Shown one piece after another: positions 10,068-19,330 of a DNA stretch of 64,000 bases. Under the pieces are notes generated by a model that had not been told where the DNA came from, did not search any database, and saw only the letters and a list, made by a program, of their open reading frames with translations. How positions within the stretch are numbered: the first letter of the stretch is position 1; every line of letters begins with the position of its first letter. The position numbers were made by a program, and so were the translations under genes. This DNA comes from Candidatus Parcubacteria bacterium (GTDB lineage Bacteria > Patescibacteriota > Minisyncoccia > Phycocordibacterales > UBA2100): assembly GCA_041168925.1 (NCBI GenBank), contig JBEEJY010000006.1:2859-66858 (forward strand), read 5' to 3'.

Positions 10068-12286
10068 ATATATTCAACTCCCTCGGCTCAAATTACGATC
10101 TTTCGACTGCCATGCGGATCCTCTTCGCCGTCGGGAGCGCCGGCGCGAAGCGACGACTCATCAAGGGGCTTGAAAGTCGGTACGGCGGAAAGGCTATACT
10201 GACGTACAAAGGTCGCGAGGCGCTCCTGCTTGCCCTTCGCGCGCTCCCTGAAAAAGGCGCGGTCGTCATGAACGGCTTCACCTGTCTCGCGGTGTACGAG
10301 GCGATCGTCGCGAGCGGGCATGAGGTGTGTTACGTCGACGTGCCCGCGCACGAACTCGAATTCTCTCCGGAATCGCTGCGCGAGGTGCTTGCGACGCGCA
10401 ACGACATCAAAGCGGTCATCGTGCAAAATACGCTCGGCATTCCCTGCGATATGCGGCAGATTCACGCGCTCTGCCGCGAACATGGCGTCGTTCTCATCGA
10501 AGATCTCGCGCACTCGATCGGAGCACGGTATGCTTCGGGAGAAGAAACCGGCACGATCGGGGATTTTGTGGTTCTTTCATTCGGCCAGGACAAAGTGGTA
10601 GACGCGGTCGCCGGGGGCGTCCTTATCGTTCGCGCTTCTTCTTTTGCGAGCGCCGTCCGAAAACCCGAGCAACACGTCTCGCTCGTGCGGCAGCTGAAAG
10701 ATCGTTTGTATCCGCTCCTCTCTATCAGCGTGCGCGCCGCGTATAAGCTCGGTTTCGGCCCGATCTACCATGCTTGCATCAGGTCGCTTCGATTGCTTTC
10801 CACGCCCCTCGGCGAGCCCAGCGAGAAAGTACGATCCCTTCCCGGATGGTATTGCTCGAATATTCTCCGTCAGATGGACTACCTTCCCGCGATCGCGAAA
10901 CATCGGGAAGAAATCGCGAAAATATACGCCGTGCACTTGGAAGGGAGCCTTCTGCCTCACCGCGTATTCCGGCACATCCCGCATTCGTCGAATGTACGCT
11001 TCCCCATTTTCATACAGGGTCGAAATAGGTTGTGCGCGCATATGAAAACGCATGGCATCCGTATCGCCGATACATGGTACGACGCGCCGGTCGCGCCGAA
11101 AAAGTATCTTCGAAGGACGAACTACCGCAGCGGTACGTGTCCGCATGCGGAACATCTCGCGGAGCGCATCGTGAACCTTCCCACGCACGTCAACGTCTCG
11201 CAAGACGACGCCCGTGCTATCGCATCGCTCATCAACGAATGGGCGCGGGCGGATCTCGCACTTCCCTACCACGTCCGCGCAGCGAACGAATCTGCATGGG
11301 AAGATTTCATACGGCGGCAAAAACCGCACAGTTTTCTGCACTCGTGGAAATGGGGCTTGCTGCAGGAAGAAACAGGCTCGCGCGTGTTTCGACTCGGCGC
11401 GTACAAAGGCGGGAATCTCGTTGCAATAGCGCTCTTGATACGAACGCAAGCGCGGCGCGGGACGTTTTTGCTCTGTCCACACGGACCTTTGATGGCAGCG
11501 GGAGAAGATTCAGCGCCGATCTTCAACTTGTTGGTCGAAGAGTGTACGCGACTCGGCCGCGCTGAAGGCTGCGATTTCTTGCGTTTCTGTCCGCTCGCGG
11601 AGGATTCGGAGCGCGATCGCGCGCTGTATCGCAATGCCGGATTCAGAGACGCTCCGATCCACATGCATCCGGAACTGGCTTGGATGCTCGATATCACAAG
11701 ATCGGAAGACGAGCTCTTGAGAGAGATGCGAAAAACGACCCGGTACCTTGTGCGCAAGATGGAAAAGGATGGCGTCGAAATCGCGCGAAGCAACGACCCA
11801 GCCGACATCGAGAAATTCTGGCCGATTTATGAAGCGACGGCGGCGCGGCAGCATTTTACGACCTTCAAAAAATCCGACTTGCGAAAAGAGTTCGAGCTTT
11901 ATGCAAAAGACGATCAGGCGCTTTTCTTTTTCGGATCCCAACGCGGTTCCCTTGTCGCAGCTGCCATCATCATTTTTTACGGCGGACAGGCTTTCTATCA
12001 TCATTCCGGTTCGGCATCATATGACGCCGGAGGCGCGAATGTCTCATATCTATTGCAATGGCGCGTGATACAAGAGGCAAAACGCCGCGGCTGCACGCTC
12101 TACAATCTCTGGGGTATCGCACCCGATGACCGGCCGGACCATCCGTGGGCGGGATTGTCGCTTTTCAAGAAAGGCTTCGGGGGGTTCGCGGAACGTTACG
12201 TCCATGCGCAAGACAAGCCGCTCTCCGCAAAGTACGGCCTCAACTACCTCGTCGAAACCGCGCGCCGGATCAAGCGCGGATTTTAA
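10064..12286 (+). CDS. Fusion of a DegT/DnrJ/EryC1/StrS PLP-dependent aminotransferase and a FemAB-family aminoacyl-tRNA-dependent transferase
   Basis: N half: IEDLAHSIGA, SFGQDK (PLP Lys), NLPTH. C half: FLHSWKWG, ELLREMRKTTRYLVRK, YLLQWRVIQEAKRRGCTLYNLWGI, GLSLFKKGFGG. One continuous 740-aa frame. Confidence 0.88.
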   Translation: MNIFNSLGSNYDLSTAMRILFAVGSAGAKRRLIKGLESRYGGKAILTYKGREALLLALRALPEKGAVVMNGFTCLAVYEAIVASGHEVCYVDVPAHELEFSPESLREVLATRNDIKAVIVQNTLGIPCDMRQIHALCREHGVVLIEDLAHSIGARYASGEETGTIGDFVVLSFGQDKVVDAVAGGVLIVRASSFASAVRKPEQHVSLVRQLKDRLYPLLSISVRAAYKLGFGPIYHACIRSLRLLSTPLGEPSEKVRSLPGWYCSNILRQMDYLPAIAKHREEIAKIYAVHLEGSLLPHRVFRHIPHSSNVRFPIFIQGRNRLCAHMKTHGIRIADTWYDAPVAPKKYLRRTNYRSGTCPHAEHLAERIVNLPTHVNVSQDDARAIASLINEWARADLALPYHVRAANESAWEDFIRRQKPHSFLHSWKWGLLQEETGSRVFRLGAYKGGNLVAIALLIRTQARRGTFLLCPHGPLMAAGEDSAPIFNLLVEECTRLGRAEGCDFLRFCPLAEDSERDRALYRNAGFRDAPIHMHPELAWMLDITRSEDELLREMRKTTRYLVRKMEKDGVEIARSNDPADIEKFWPIYEATAARQHFTTFKKSDLRKEFELYAKDDQALFFFGSQRGSLVAAAIIIFYGGQAFYHHSGSASYDAGGANVSYLLQWRVIQEAKRRGCTLYNLWGIAPDDRPDHPWAGLSLFKKGFGGFAERYVHAQDKPLSAKYGLNYLVETARRIKRGF

Positions 12287-12941
12287 ACCAGCGATTTGCC
12301 GCTTGTGGCCAGATCGCGGTGAGCGCATGTTTTGAGCAGTCGTGCGGACGCGCGGGGCAGATGTAACGGCCATAGAGGACGAGACCGTTGTTGACATACT
12401 TCCAGTCTTTTTTCGGGATAAGGCGCTCGAGGTCGTGCGAAATTTTCTTGAGATCATCGTTATCTGAAAGATCGAAACGTTTAACGAATCGCTTTACGTG
12501 CGTGTCGGTCGGAATCCCTTCCCATGCGTCGTAGAGCTCGCCGAGAATCACGTGGGCAGTCTTATACCCGACACCCGGCAGAGTTTGAAGCTCTTTCGCA
12601 GTACGTGGTACCCGCCCGTTAAAATCGGCGGAGACTTTCTTCGCGGCCGCAATGATGTGCCTGGCTTTATTCCGAAAAAATGAGACCGACGAGATTTCTC
12701 GCTCGAAAACTCGAGGGTTCGCATCCGCAAAACAAGACGGTTTTTTATATTTCTTAAAAAGACCCGCGGTCACCTTATTCACTTGCTTATCGGTCGTCTG
12801 TGCTGACAGGACGACTGCAACGAGAAACTGGAACGGGGTTTTGTATGCTAGTTCGCTTTTAGGCAGAGGGTACGCTTTTTTAAGGTACGCGACGATACGA
12901 CGCGCTCGCGCCTGTCTCTCCTGTCCTTGCGATGCGTTCAT
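12270..12941 (-). CDS. nth: Endonuclease III
   Basis: PFQFLVAVVLSAQTTDKQVN, LPGVGYKTA, PTDTHV; degenerate Fe-S motif. Confidence 0.93.
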   Translation of the reverse strand: MNASQGQERQARARRIVAYLKKAYPLPKSELAYKTPFQFLVAVVLSAQTTDKQVNKVTAGLFKKYKKPSCFADANPRVFEREISSVSFFRNKARHIIAAAKKVSADFNGRVPRTAKELQTLPGVGYKTAHVILGELYDAWEGIPTDTHVKRFVKRFDLSDNDDLKKISHDLERLIPKKDWKYVNNGLVLYGRYICPARPHDCSKHALTAIWPQAANRWFKIRA

Positions 12942-13666
12942 TAGCGAATGAAAAACGTCGCGCGAGCCGTGACCATCACCTGCTTGTCGATGGTCGAGGT
13001 GTCGTACGAGCCGTAGTCGGAAATATCGACGGAATTCGGCTGCATCACTTGCACGACTCCGCTTGAAGCGGACTTGAGCGCTCCGACGCTTTGGCCGGTC
13101 GATTTCGCGATCGATTCGGCGCGTGCTTTCGCATCTTCTACCGCTTTTCCGATAAGCGCCACGCGAACGCTGGGAAGCGAAGAAACGTAATATTCGGGCT
13201 GGCCGGCGGACACGAGAATCCCCTGCGCGGCAAGCTCTCCGATATCCTTCGATAAGGATTCAATTTGCGACGGGTCGTCCGATGAGACCGTGATCTGCTC
13301 GCGAATTGTGTAGCGACGCGGCGCGTTGGAATCGTTCGAGTATGAATAGTCCTGGTCGACCGAAACGGGAGTCGTGCTGATGCGGCCTTCAGGAATGCCG
13401 CCCTTCGAAAAAAAGGTAAGAACAGCTTGCGCATCGCGTGCGACCCGGCTTTGAGCGGACGGCACTTCCGATTCGTAGGCGGATCGACTGACCGACACGC
13501 TCCATTTTGCGGAATCGGCCTTCAGAGCCTGCGTCGCGGAGCCGGTCACCGAAAGCGTGTTGTCCATAGAACGGACATTGTAGAAGGTGAGGGAACCGAT
13601 AAGGGCGGCGATAACGATGCCGAGCCCCAAGACCCCCGCCGCTGCCACCATGTCTTTCTGCATCAT
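12941..13666 (-). CDS. SIMPL (DUF541) domain protein
   Basis: N-terminal TM, LSVTGSA...ADSAKW, AVEDAKARAESIAKSTGQSVGALKSASSG. Confidence 0.85.
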   Translation of the reverse strand: MMQKDMVAAAGVLGLGIVIAALIGSLTFYNVRSMDNTLSVTGSATQALKADSAKWSVSVSRSAYESEVPSAQSRVARDAQAVLTFFSKGGIPEGRISTTPVSVDQDYSYSNDSNAPRRYTIREQITVSSDDPSQIESLSKDIGELAAQGILVSAGQPEYYVSSLPSVRVALIGKAVEDAKARAESIAKSTGQSVGALKSASSGVVQVMQPNSVDISDYGSYDTSTIDKQVMVTARATFFIR

Positions 13667-13704
13667 GGGAATCACTATACGCACGGTTTTGTCCAGCGCA
13701 ACTG

Positions 13705-14169
13705 CTACTGTATGACGACCGGTATTTCGACCGAATCGTCATTTTCAGGCAGACCTGACGGATTGTCTTTCATGAGCACGAGCGTGGCAGGGCCTCTGTA
13801 CCCCGAAACGGTGACGGCCGCTTCGAACGGGACGAATGATTCGGTCATCCAGTCGCCTTGCGCCTGCGCGATGCCCTGCCCTACTTTATTGTTGTTTGCG
13901 TCTCGCACTTGAACCGGAAAGGAGGCTTCGAAATACCACGCGCCTCTCGCTTCACCGGTAACGGTGAATGTTTTGCCGACAGTAGCGTGCGGGAGCGGGT
14001 TCGAGATTGTCACCTTGTCGGACATGAATGGCGTCTCGATTGAGCGAGGCGTCGAAGTGGATGTCGTCGGCGCAAGCACAGGTGCGGGCGTTGCAAAAAG
14101 TATCCAAGCGAGCACGATAACGACGAGCGTCGCGACGAGCAGTATTGTCCACATCACTCCCCTGTTCAT
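13705..14169 (-). CDS. Membrane-anchored Gmad2 immunoglobulin-like domain protein
   Basis: TM followed by VTGEARGAWYFEASFPV...AQGDWMTESFVPF...KDNPSGLPEND. Confidence 0.8.
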   Translation of the reverse strand: MNRGVMWTILLVATLVVIVLAWILFATPAPVLAPTTSTSTPRSIETPFMSDKVTISNPLPHATVGKTFTVTGEARGAWYFEASFPVQVRDANNNKVGQGIAQAQGDWMTESFVPFEAAVTVSGYRGPATLVLMKDNPSGLPENDDSVEIPVVIQ

Positions 14170-14179
14170 ACCCACCAGC

Positions 14180-15133
14180 CTACAGCTGCGCGATGATCTT
14201 GGCAATCTTCGCCGAATCGTGCCGCGCTTTGTCGCTTCGCGAAGCCAGATTTTCAACGACTACGTGTTTCGCGCACTCTTTGAGAGCCGCGTCGCACACC
14301 ATCGGATACTTCTTTTCCTTTTCATACGCTTCGAGAAGCTTCGAGTCCATGGACGCCCCGTTGCAGATGACGTAATCGAATGTCTTCAGTCCGCTATAGC
14401 GTAATAGCTCGCGGACCATATCGGACGCCTTGAATCCGTGCGTCTCTCCCCACTTCGTCATGAGATTGCATACGACGACGGTCTTGCCGCGCGACGCCTT
14501 GAGCGCGCGTGGCATGCCATTTGTCAGCAGCGTCGGAATCAGCGATGAGTAGAGATCTCCCGGTCCGATTACGATCGTATCCGCGAGATGAATCGCGTCC
14601 GCGGTTTCTTTATAGATTTTTGCCGGCGGATCTAAAAAGACTTTGGCGATACGCAACGCGCCGTCGTGCTTCGGGATATCGATATTGGTTTCGCCCACGA
14701 TCTCCTGCCCGTTCTCAAGGATCGCATGCACGTGGGAGTGATCGAGCGAGACGGGGAGGATTTTGCCGGTAATGTTGAGCAGTTCGGACGCCTTGCGAAT
14801 TCCCTGGATTTCGCCGCCATAAATCGAAGCGAGTGCGACGAGAAAGAGATTACCGAAACTATGGCCGTCGAGCGAGCCGCCACCGTTTTCAAACCGATAC
14901 TCAAAAAGCTCCCGAAGAATCGCAGCCTTCTTCTCATCGGCGAGTGCGAGCATTCCGCGACGCACATCGCCCGGCGGCAGTATGCCGAACTCGTCGCGCA
15001 ATTTCCCGGCCGAACCGCCGGAATCAAAGGAGGTAAAAACCGCCGTGATATCGAGCGGAAACTCCTTGAGCCCGCGCAAAAGCGTGTAGCCGCCGCTCCC
15101 TCCGCCTATTCGGACCACCCGTTTTCGAGCCAT
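14180..15133 (-). CDS. yvcK: YvcK/GlmR family protein (CofD-like)
   Basis: IGGGSG, DSGGSAGKLRDEFGILPPGDVR, GHSFGNL, GPGDLYSSLIP, RHDSAK. Confidence 0.92.
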   Translation of the reverse strand: MARKRVVRIGGGSGGYTLLRGLKEFPLDITAVFTSFDSGGSAGKLRDEFGILPPGDVRRGMLALADEKKAAILRELFEYRFENGGGSLDGHSFGNLFLVALASIYGGEIQGIRKASELLNITGKILPVSLDHSHVHAILENGQEIVGETNIDIPKHDGALRIAKVFLDPPAKIYKETADAIHLADTIVIGPGDLYSSLIPTLLTNGMPRALKASRGKTVVVCNLMTKWGETHGFKASDMVRELLRYSGLKTFDYVICNGASMDSKLLEAYEKEKKYPMVCDAALKECAKHVVVENLASRSDKARHDSAKIAKIIAQL

Positions 15134-15190
15134 TCCGGACAGCATTGCACAAATCGGCGAAGCTTGCTACCATCGCGTTACAACTGAATA

Positions 15191-15297
15191 TCGTATCAAG
15201 AGCGTGGGGAGAGTTCCGGCTCGACGAACCACCGGCAGCGTGCTCCGAGTAGCATCGAGGAGTAATGTGCCTCTTCCGGCCCTCCGGGAAGATACAC
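15191..15297 (+). promoter_or_regulatory. SAM-I (S-box) riboswitch aptamer upstream of metK
   Basis: GTATCAAGAG...GGGGAGAG..GGC.CGACGAACC..CGGCAGC...GTGCC..TTCC...AAGATAC matches SAM-I conserved segments; P1 GTATC/GATAC; sits in front of SAM synthetase. Confidence 0.88.
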
Positions 15298-15307
15298 ATT
15301 ATCCATA

Positions 15308-15332
15308 ATCTCCCGTCGGGAGATATTTTGTT
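15308..15332 (+). terminator. Intrinsic terminator (riboswitch expression platform)
   Basis: Stem ATCTCCC/GGGAGAT then ATTTTGTT; its 5' arm can instead pair with CGGGAAGAT at the aptamer 3' end (antiterminator). Confidence 0.7.
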
Positions 15333-15350
15333 GCTAGAACGATATACCGT

Positions 15351-16403
15351 ATGTTCCATTCACTAGAACGATACACGACGGAATCAGTCACCTCTGGGCA
15401 TCCGGACAAAGTGTGCGATCAGATATCGGATGCGATCCTCGATGCGTGCCTCGCTCAGGATCCGTACTCGCGCGTTGCCGTCGAGAGTTTCGGCAGCCAC
15501 GGCACGCTGATGCTCGGGGGCGAAGTAAAGACAAAGGCGAAAGTCGATTTCAAAAGAATAGCGCTGGGCGTGTATCGCGATATCGGTTACACCGACAAGC
15601 TCAAAGTTTTCAATACGATCGCGAAGCAATCTCCCGACATCGCAATGGGAGTTGATACCGGAGGCGCGGGCGATCAGGGCATCATGTACGGTTACGCAAC
15701 GAACGAGACGAAAGAGTATCTTCCGAAGGGAGTCGTGCTCGCGCACGCGCTCGCTCGGCGTCTCGAGAGACTGCGCCGCAACGGCACGCTGAAGTGGCTG
15801 AAGCCGGACGGCAAAACCCAAGTGACGATCTCGAAAGGCAAGGTAATCACCGCGTTGTGCTCCACTCAGCACGACAAGAAGGTTTCGCAGGAAGAAATCC
15901 GCAAGCAGCTCATCAAACATCTCTTCATTCCCATACTCGGCTCCGTGAAAGACGTCGAGATTCTTGTAAATCCTACCGGGCAGTTCATTCTCGGCGGTTT
16001 TGCCGCTGATGCCGGATTGACGGGCCGCAAGATCATGGTCGACACCTACGGCGGCGTCATGCCTCATGGAGGCGGCGCATTTTCCGGCAAGGATGCGACG
16101 AAGGTGGATCGCTCCGCGGCATACATGTGTCGATTCGTCGCCAAAAATCTCGTCGCCAACGGTTACGCGAAAAAGGCGCTCGTGTCGGTCGCCTATGCGA
16201 TCGGGCGGGTCGATCCCGTGATGGTGGAAGCATTCGACGAGAAGGGTCGCGATCTCACGTCGATCGTCAAGAAGCATTTCGATTTCCGACCTCGCGCTAT
16301 CATCGAACGCCTTGTATTGAACCGCCCGATCTACCGTGAGACCGCAGCCTACGGGCATTTCGGCGTCCAGGGTCGCCCGTGGGAGAAGATTATCAAGATA
16401 TAA
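15351..16403 (+). CDS. metK: S-adenosylmethionine synthetase
   Basis: ESVTSGHPDKVCDQISD, GAGDQG, GLTGRKIMVDTYGG, GGGAFSGKD, TAAYGHFG. Confidence 0.98.
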   Translation: MFHSLERYTTESVTSGHPDKVCDQISDAILDACLAQDPYSRVAVESFGSHGTLMLGGEVKTKAKVDFKRIALGVYRDIGYTDKLKVFNTIAKQSPDIAMGVDTGGAGDQGIMYGYATNETKEYLPKGVVLAHALARRLERLRRNGTLKWLKPDGKTQVTISKGKVITALCSTQHDKKVSQEEIRKQLIKHLFIPILGSVKDVEILVNPTGQFILGGFAADAGLTGRKIMVDTYGGVMPHGGGAFSGKDATKVDRSAAYMCRFVAKNLVANGYAKKALVSVAYAIGRVDPVMVEAFDEKGRDLTSIVKKHFDFRPRAIIERLVLNRPIYRETAAYGHFGVQGRPWEKIIKI

Positions 16404-16479
16404 AAAGTGGTAATGAAATGCCGAGGCGTGCCGTCATGTATACTGTAGGTATGTCATTATCGGCTAATTACCATACAAT

Positions 16480-17409
16480 ATGAACGCTATTAGCAGAACT
16501 GTGGCGACTGCGTTTGTCGCTGCCGCCGTCGTAATGCCCCTTGCGGCATCGGCGCAATCGACCGACCTGCAAAACCAGATCCAGTCGCTCTTAAATCAAA
16601 TCAAGGCGCTGCAAGAGCAGTTGCGAGCGCTTGTTGCCTCGAGCTCGGCTGCGGGAAGCGGCATCTGGATGATGGGCTCGACTACTCCGCCGTGGGGTAC
16701 GCCGCCCGGACAAATCGCGAAGGCTGCGTGCATTCGCCTCAACAGAAACCTGGACATCGGCTCTCAAGGCGACGACGTGAAAAAACTTCAGGAGATACTC
16801 GCGGAAGATTCGGACAACGATTATCATGCCGGCATTACGGGATTTTTCGGTCCGCGCACGGCGCAGGCGATGATGCGATTTCAAATGCGGTTCAACATCG
16901 CCTCGTCGAGCAATGGAAGTGTCGGACCGATGACACGCGGGTTCTTCGAACGCGCGTGCGGCGAGGGTATGGGTGACGACGAAAAGGACGCGCGCTCCAT
17001 CGTCGGAAACATCAGCTCCGTCGGCTCATCTTCGTTCGTGGTTACCATCAACGCAAACACGTCACGGACAATCAACTTCACCGCCTCGACCACGATCGAG
17101 ATCGTACCGAGCGCGACGTCTTCGCCTATAACCGGGTCATCGGCAGATCTCGCGGTGGGCAAAGTGATACACGCAATCGGGACGCCGAATGCGGATGGCA
17201 GTTTGACGGCGACTTTGATCAGAATCGGCGTGCCGCTTCCGCCGCCGCGCCCCCAGAAACCGATCTTCGAGTTTGACAAACTCGGGCGCAAGATCGTCAA
17301 CACCGTCATGGACGACCTTCGCGGCAGAGATAATCGCTTGCCGAACCGTCCTCCCAAACCTGGAATGATGCCCATCAACGGCGGGCCGAACACCGGTCGA
17401 GGATTGTAA
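16480..17409 (+). CDS. Secreted protein with coiled coil, peptidoglycan-binding domain and DUF5666-like beta domain
   Basis: Signal peptide; LQNQIQSLLNQIKALQEQL; LNRNLDIGSQGDDVKKLQ...TGFFGPRTAQA...GSVGPMTR; DLAVGKVIHAIGTPNADGSLTATLI. Confidence 0.75.
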   Translation: MNAISRTVATAFVAAAVVMPLAASAQSTDLQNQIQSLLNQIKALQEQLRALVASSSAAGSGIWMMGSTTPPWGTPPGQIAKAACIRLNRNLDIGSQGDDVKKLQEILAEDSDNDYHAGITGFFGPRTAQAMMRFQMRFNIASSSNGSVGPMTRGFFERACGEGMGDDEKDARSIVGNISSVGSSSFVVTINANTSRTINFTASTTIEIVPSATSSPITGSSADLAVGKVIHAIGTPNADGSLTATLIRIGVPLPPPRPQKPIFEFDKLGRKIVNTVMDDLRGRDNRLPNRPPKPGMMPINGGPNTGRGL

Positions 17410-17463
17410 GGCCACGAGCTGGCAAGGCTGATAACGCCGATTTAATCGTTGAGTAAAACAAAA

Positions 17464-19290
17464 CTACTCGACTGTAACCGATTTCGCGAGATTACGCGGG
17501 CGATCCACGTTGAGGCCTTTTCCTTTGGCGAAGTAGTAGGCAAAAAGCTGTAGGGGTACGACGTTGAGAATCGGCGAGAGCATCTCGAGAGTCTTGGGGA
17601 CGTACATCACGTCATCGGCAACTGTTCGAATTTCCTCGTCCCCTTCGCTCGCAAGCGCGATAACGGGCCCTTTGCGCGCCCTGATTTCGTGAATGTTCGA
17701 AATCATTTTTTCGTACATCGAATCTTTCGGGACGATCGCGAGCGTCGGGAATCGCTCATCGATCATGGCGATCGGGCCATGCTTCATCTCACCGGCTCCG
17801 CAGCCCTCCGCGTGAATGTAGGAGATCTCTTTGAGTTTGAGCGCGCCTTCGTATGCGACCGGATAGTTGTATTTGCGCCCGAGGTAGAGAAAATCACGGA
17901 CGTTTGCATACTTTTTCGCAAGTGCTTGTATGTGATCCTTCGTGTCGAGCACGCGCTGCAATTTCGATGGAAGCTGTTTCAGCTCATCGGCTATTTCTTT
18001 TCCTTGTTTTTCAGTCATCGTGCGCTGGCGACCGAGGAAAAGCGTCAATAGCGCGAGCGCGCTCAACTGCGAAACGAACGCCTTGGTCGAAGCAACGCCG
18101 ATCTCCGGTCCCGCGTGATTGTACACGCCTGCATCGGTCTCGCGTGCGATCGTGGAGCCTACGGTATTGACGATGCCAAGCGTGAGAGCGCCGCGCCGCT
18201 TCCCTTCGCGTACGGCTTCGAGCGTATCGAGCGTCTCTCCGCTTTGAGATATCGCAAGCACAGCCGTGCGCTCGTTGATGACCGGCGCGCGATAGCGAAA
18301 CTCGCTGCCAAGTTCGACTTCGACCGGAATGCCCGCATGACCTTCGAGCATGTACTCGCCCACCAGCCCGGCATAGTAGGCAGTGCCGCACGCGACGATA
18401 ATGATTCGATCGATCTTCTCAAGCTGTTTCGCGACGCTCTCCAGCCCGCCGAGTTTCGCTGTGCCCGTCTCGACGCGCAAGCGACCGCGCAGCGTGTCTT
18501 CGACAACCTGCGGACCCTCCATAATCTCCTTCAACATGAAGTGTTCGTAGCCGCCCTTTTGCGCTTGTTCCGGACTCCAGTCGATCTCGGTCGGCGAACG
18601 ATGTACTTTCTTCGCATCAAGCTTGAAGACGGAATGTTTCTCCGGGGTGATAACCGCGATCTCGCCGTCTTCAAGGAAAACCACCTTCTTGGTGTGCGGC
18701 AAAATAGGCGAGGGATCTGATGCGATGAAATGCTCGCCGTCTCCGAGTCCGAGCACGATGGGAGAACCCATTCGCGCGGCGATGATCTTGTCCGGCTCGC
18801 CGCGATACTGAAGCGCAATACCGTACGTGCCGTGAATGTCGTTCAGCGCTTTGAGTGCGGCTTTTTCGAACTGCTTCTCGGTCTTCAAATGCTCTTCGAC
18901 GAGATGCGCCAAGACTTCCGTATCGGAATCCGATCTGAACGTGTGACCTTGTTTCTCAAGCTTGCGTTTCAGCTCCTGGAAATTTTCGATGATGCCGTTG
19001 TGTACGATCCAGAGTTCGCCTTTGCAATCAGAGTGTGGATGAGCGTTTTTTTCGTTCGGTTCGCCATGTGTTGCCCAGCGCAAGTGCGCAATCCCGCTTC
19101 TTCCCGCATAATCCTTGGGCAATCGCTTGCGAAGTTCGGCGACAGCACCGGGCGTTTTGATACCGCCGCCTTCGGGCGTGAACACCCCGGCGGAATCGTA
19201 TCCGCGATACTCAAGGCTCAACAGTCCGTCGAGAAGAACCCTGCCCGCCTCTTTTCCCTTGTTGCCTGTGTAGGCAAAGATGCCGCACAT
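17464..19290 (-). CDS. glmS: Glutamine--fructose-6-phosphate aminotransferase
   Basis: MCGIF start, LEYRGYDSAG, HLRWATHG, SQSGET, PRNLAKSVTVE. Confidence 0.99.
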   Translation of the reverse strand: MCGIFAYTGNKGKEAGRVLLDGLLSLEYRGYDSAGVFTPEGGGIKTPGAVAELRKRLPKDYAGRSGIAHLRWATHGEPNEKNAHPHSDCKGELWIVHNGIIENFQELKRKLEKQGHTFRSDSDTEVLAHLVEEHLKTEKQFEKAALKALNDIHGTYGIALQYRGEPDKIIAARMGSPIVLGLGDGEHFIASDPSPILPHTKKVVFLEDGEIAVITPEKHSVFKLDAKKVHRSPTEIDWSPEQAQKGGYEHFMLKEIMEGPQVVEDTLRGRLRVETGTAKLGGLESVAKQLEKIDRIIIVACGTAYYAGLVGEYMLEGHAGIPVEVELGSEFRYRAPVINERTAVLAISQSGETLDTLEAVREGKRRGALTLGIVNTVGSTIARETDAGVYNHAGPEIGVASTKAFVSQLSALALLTLFLGRQRTMTEKQGKEIADELKQLPSKLQRVLDTKDHIQALAKKYANVRDFLYLGRKYNYPVAYEGALKLKEISYIHAEGCGAGEMKHGPIAMIDERFPTLAIVPKDSMYEKMISNIHEIRARKGPVIALASEGDEEIRTVADDVMYVPKTLEMLSPILNVVPLQLFAYYFAKGKGLNVDRPRNLAKSVTVE

Positions 19291-19330
19291 ACCGTAAGAG
19301 GAACACTGTAGCACGATTCTTGATGACTGT

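Noticed and set aside
19291-19330. glmS ribozyme
   Set aside because: Spacer is only 40 nt with no ribozyme core.
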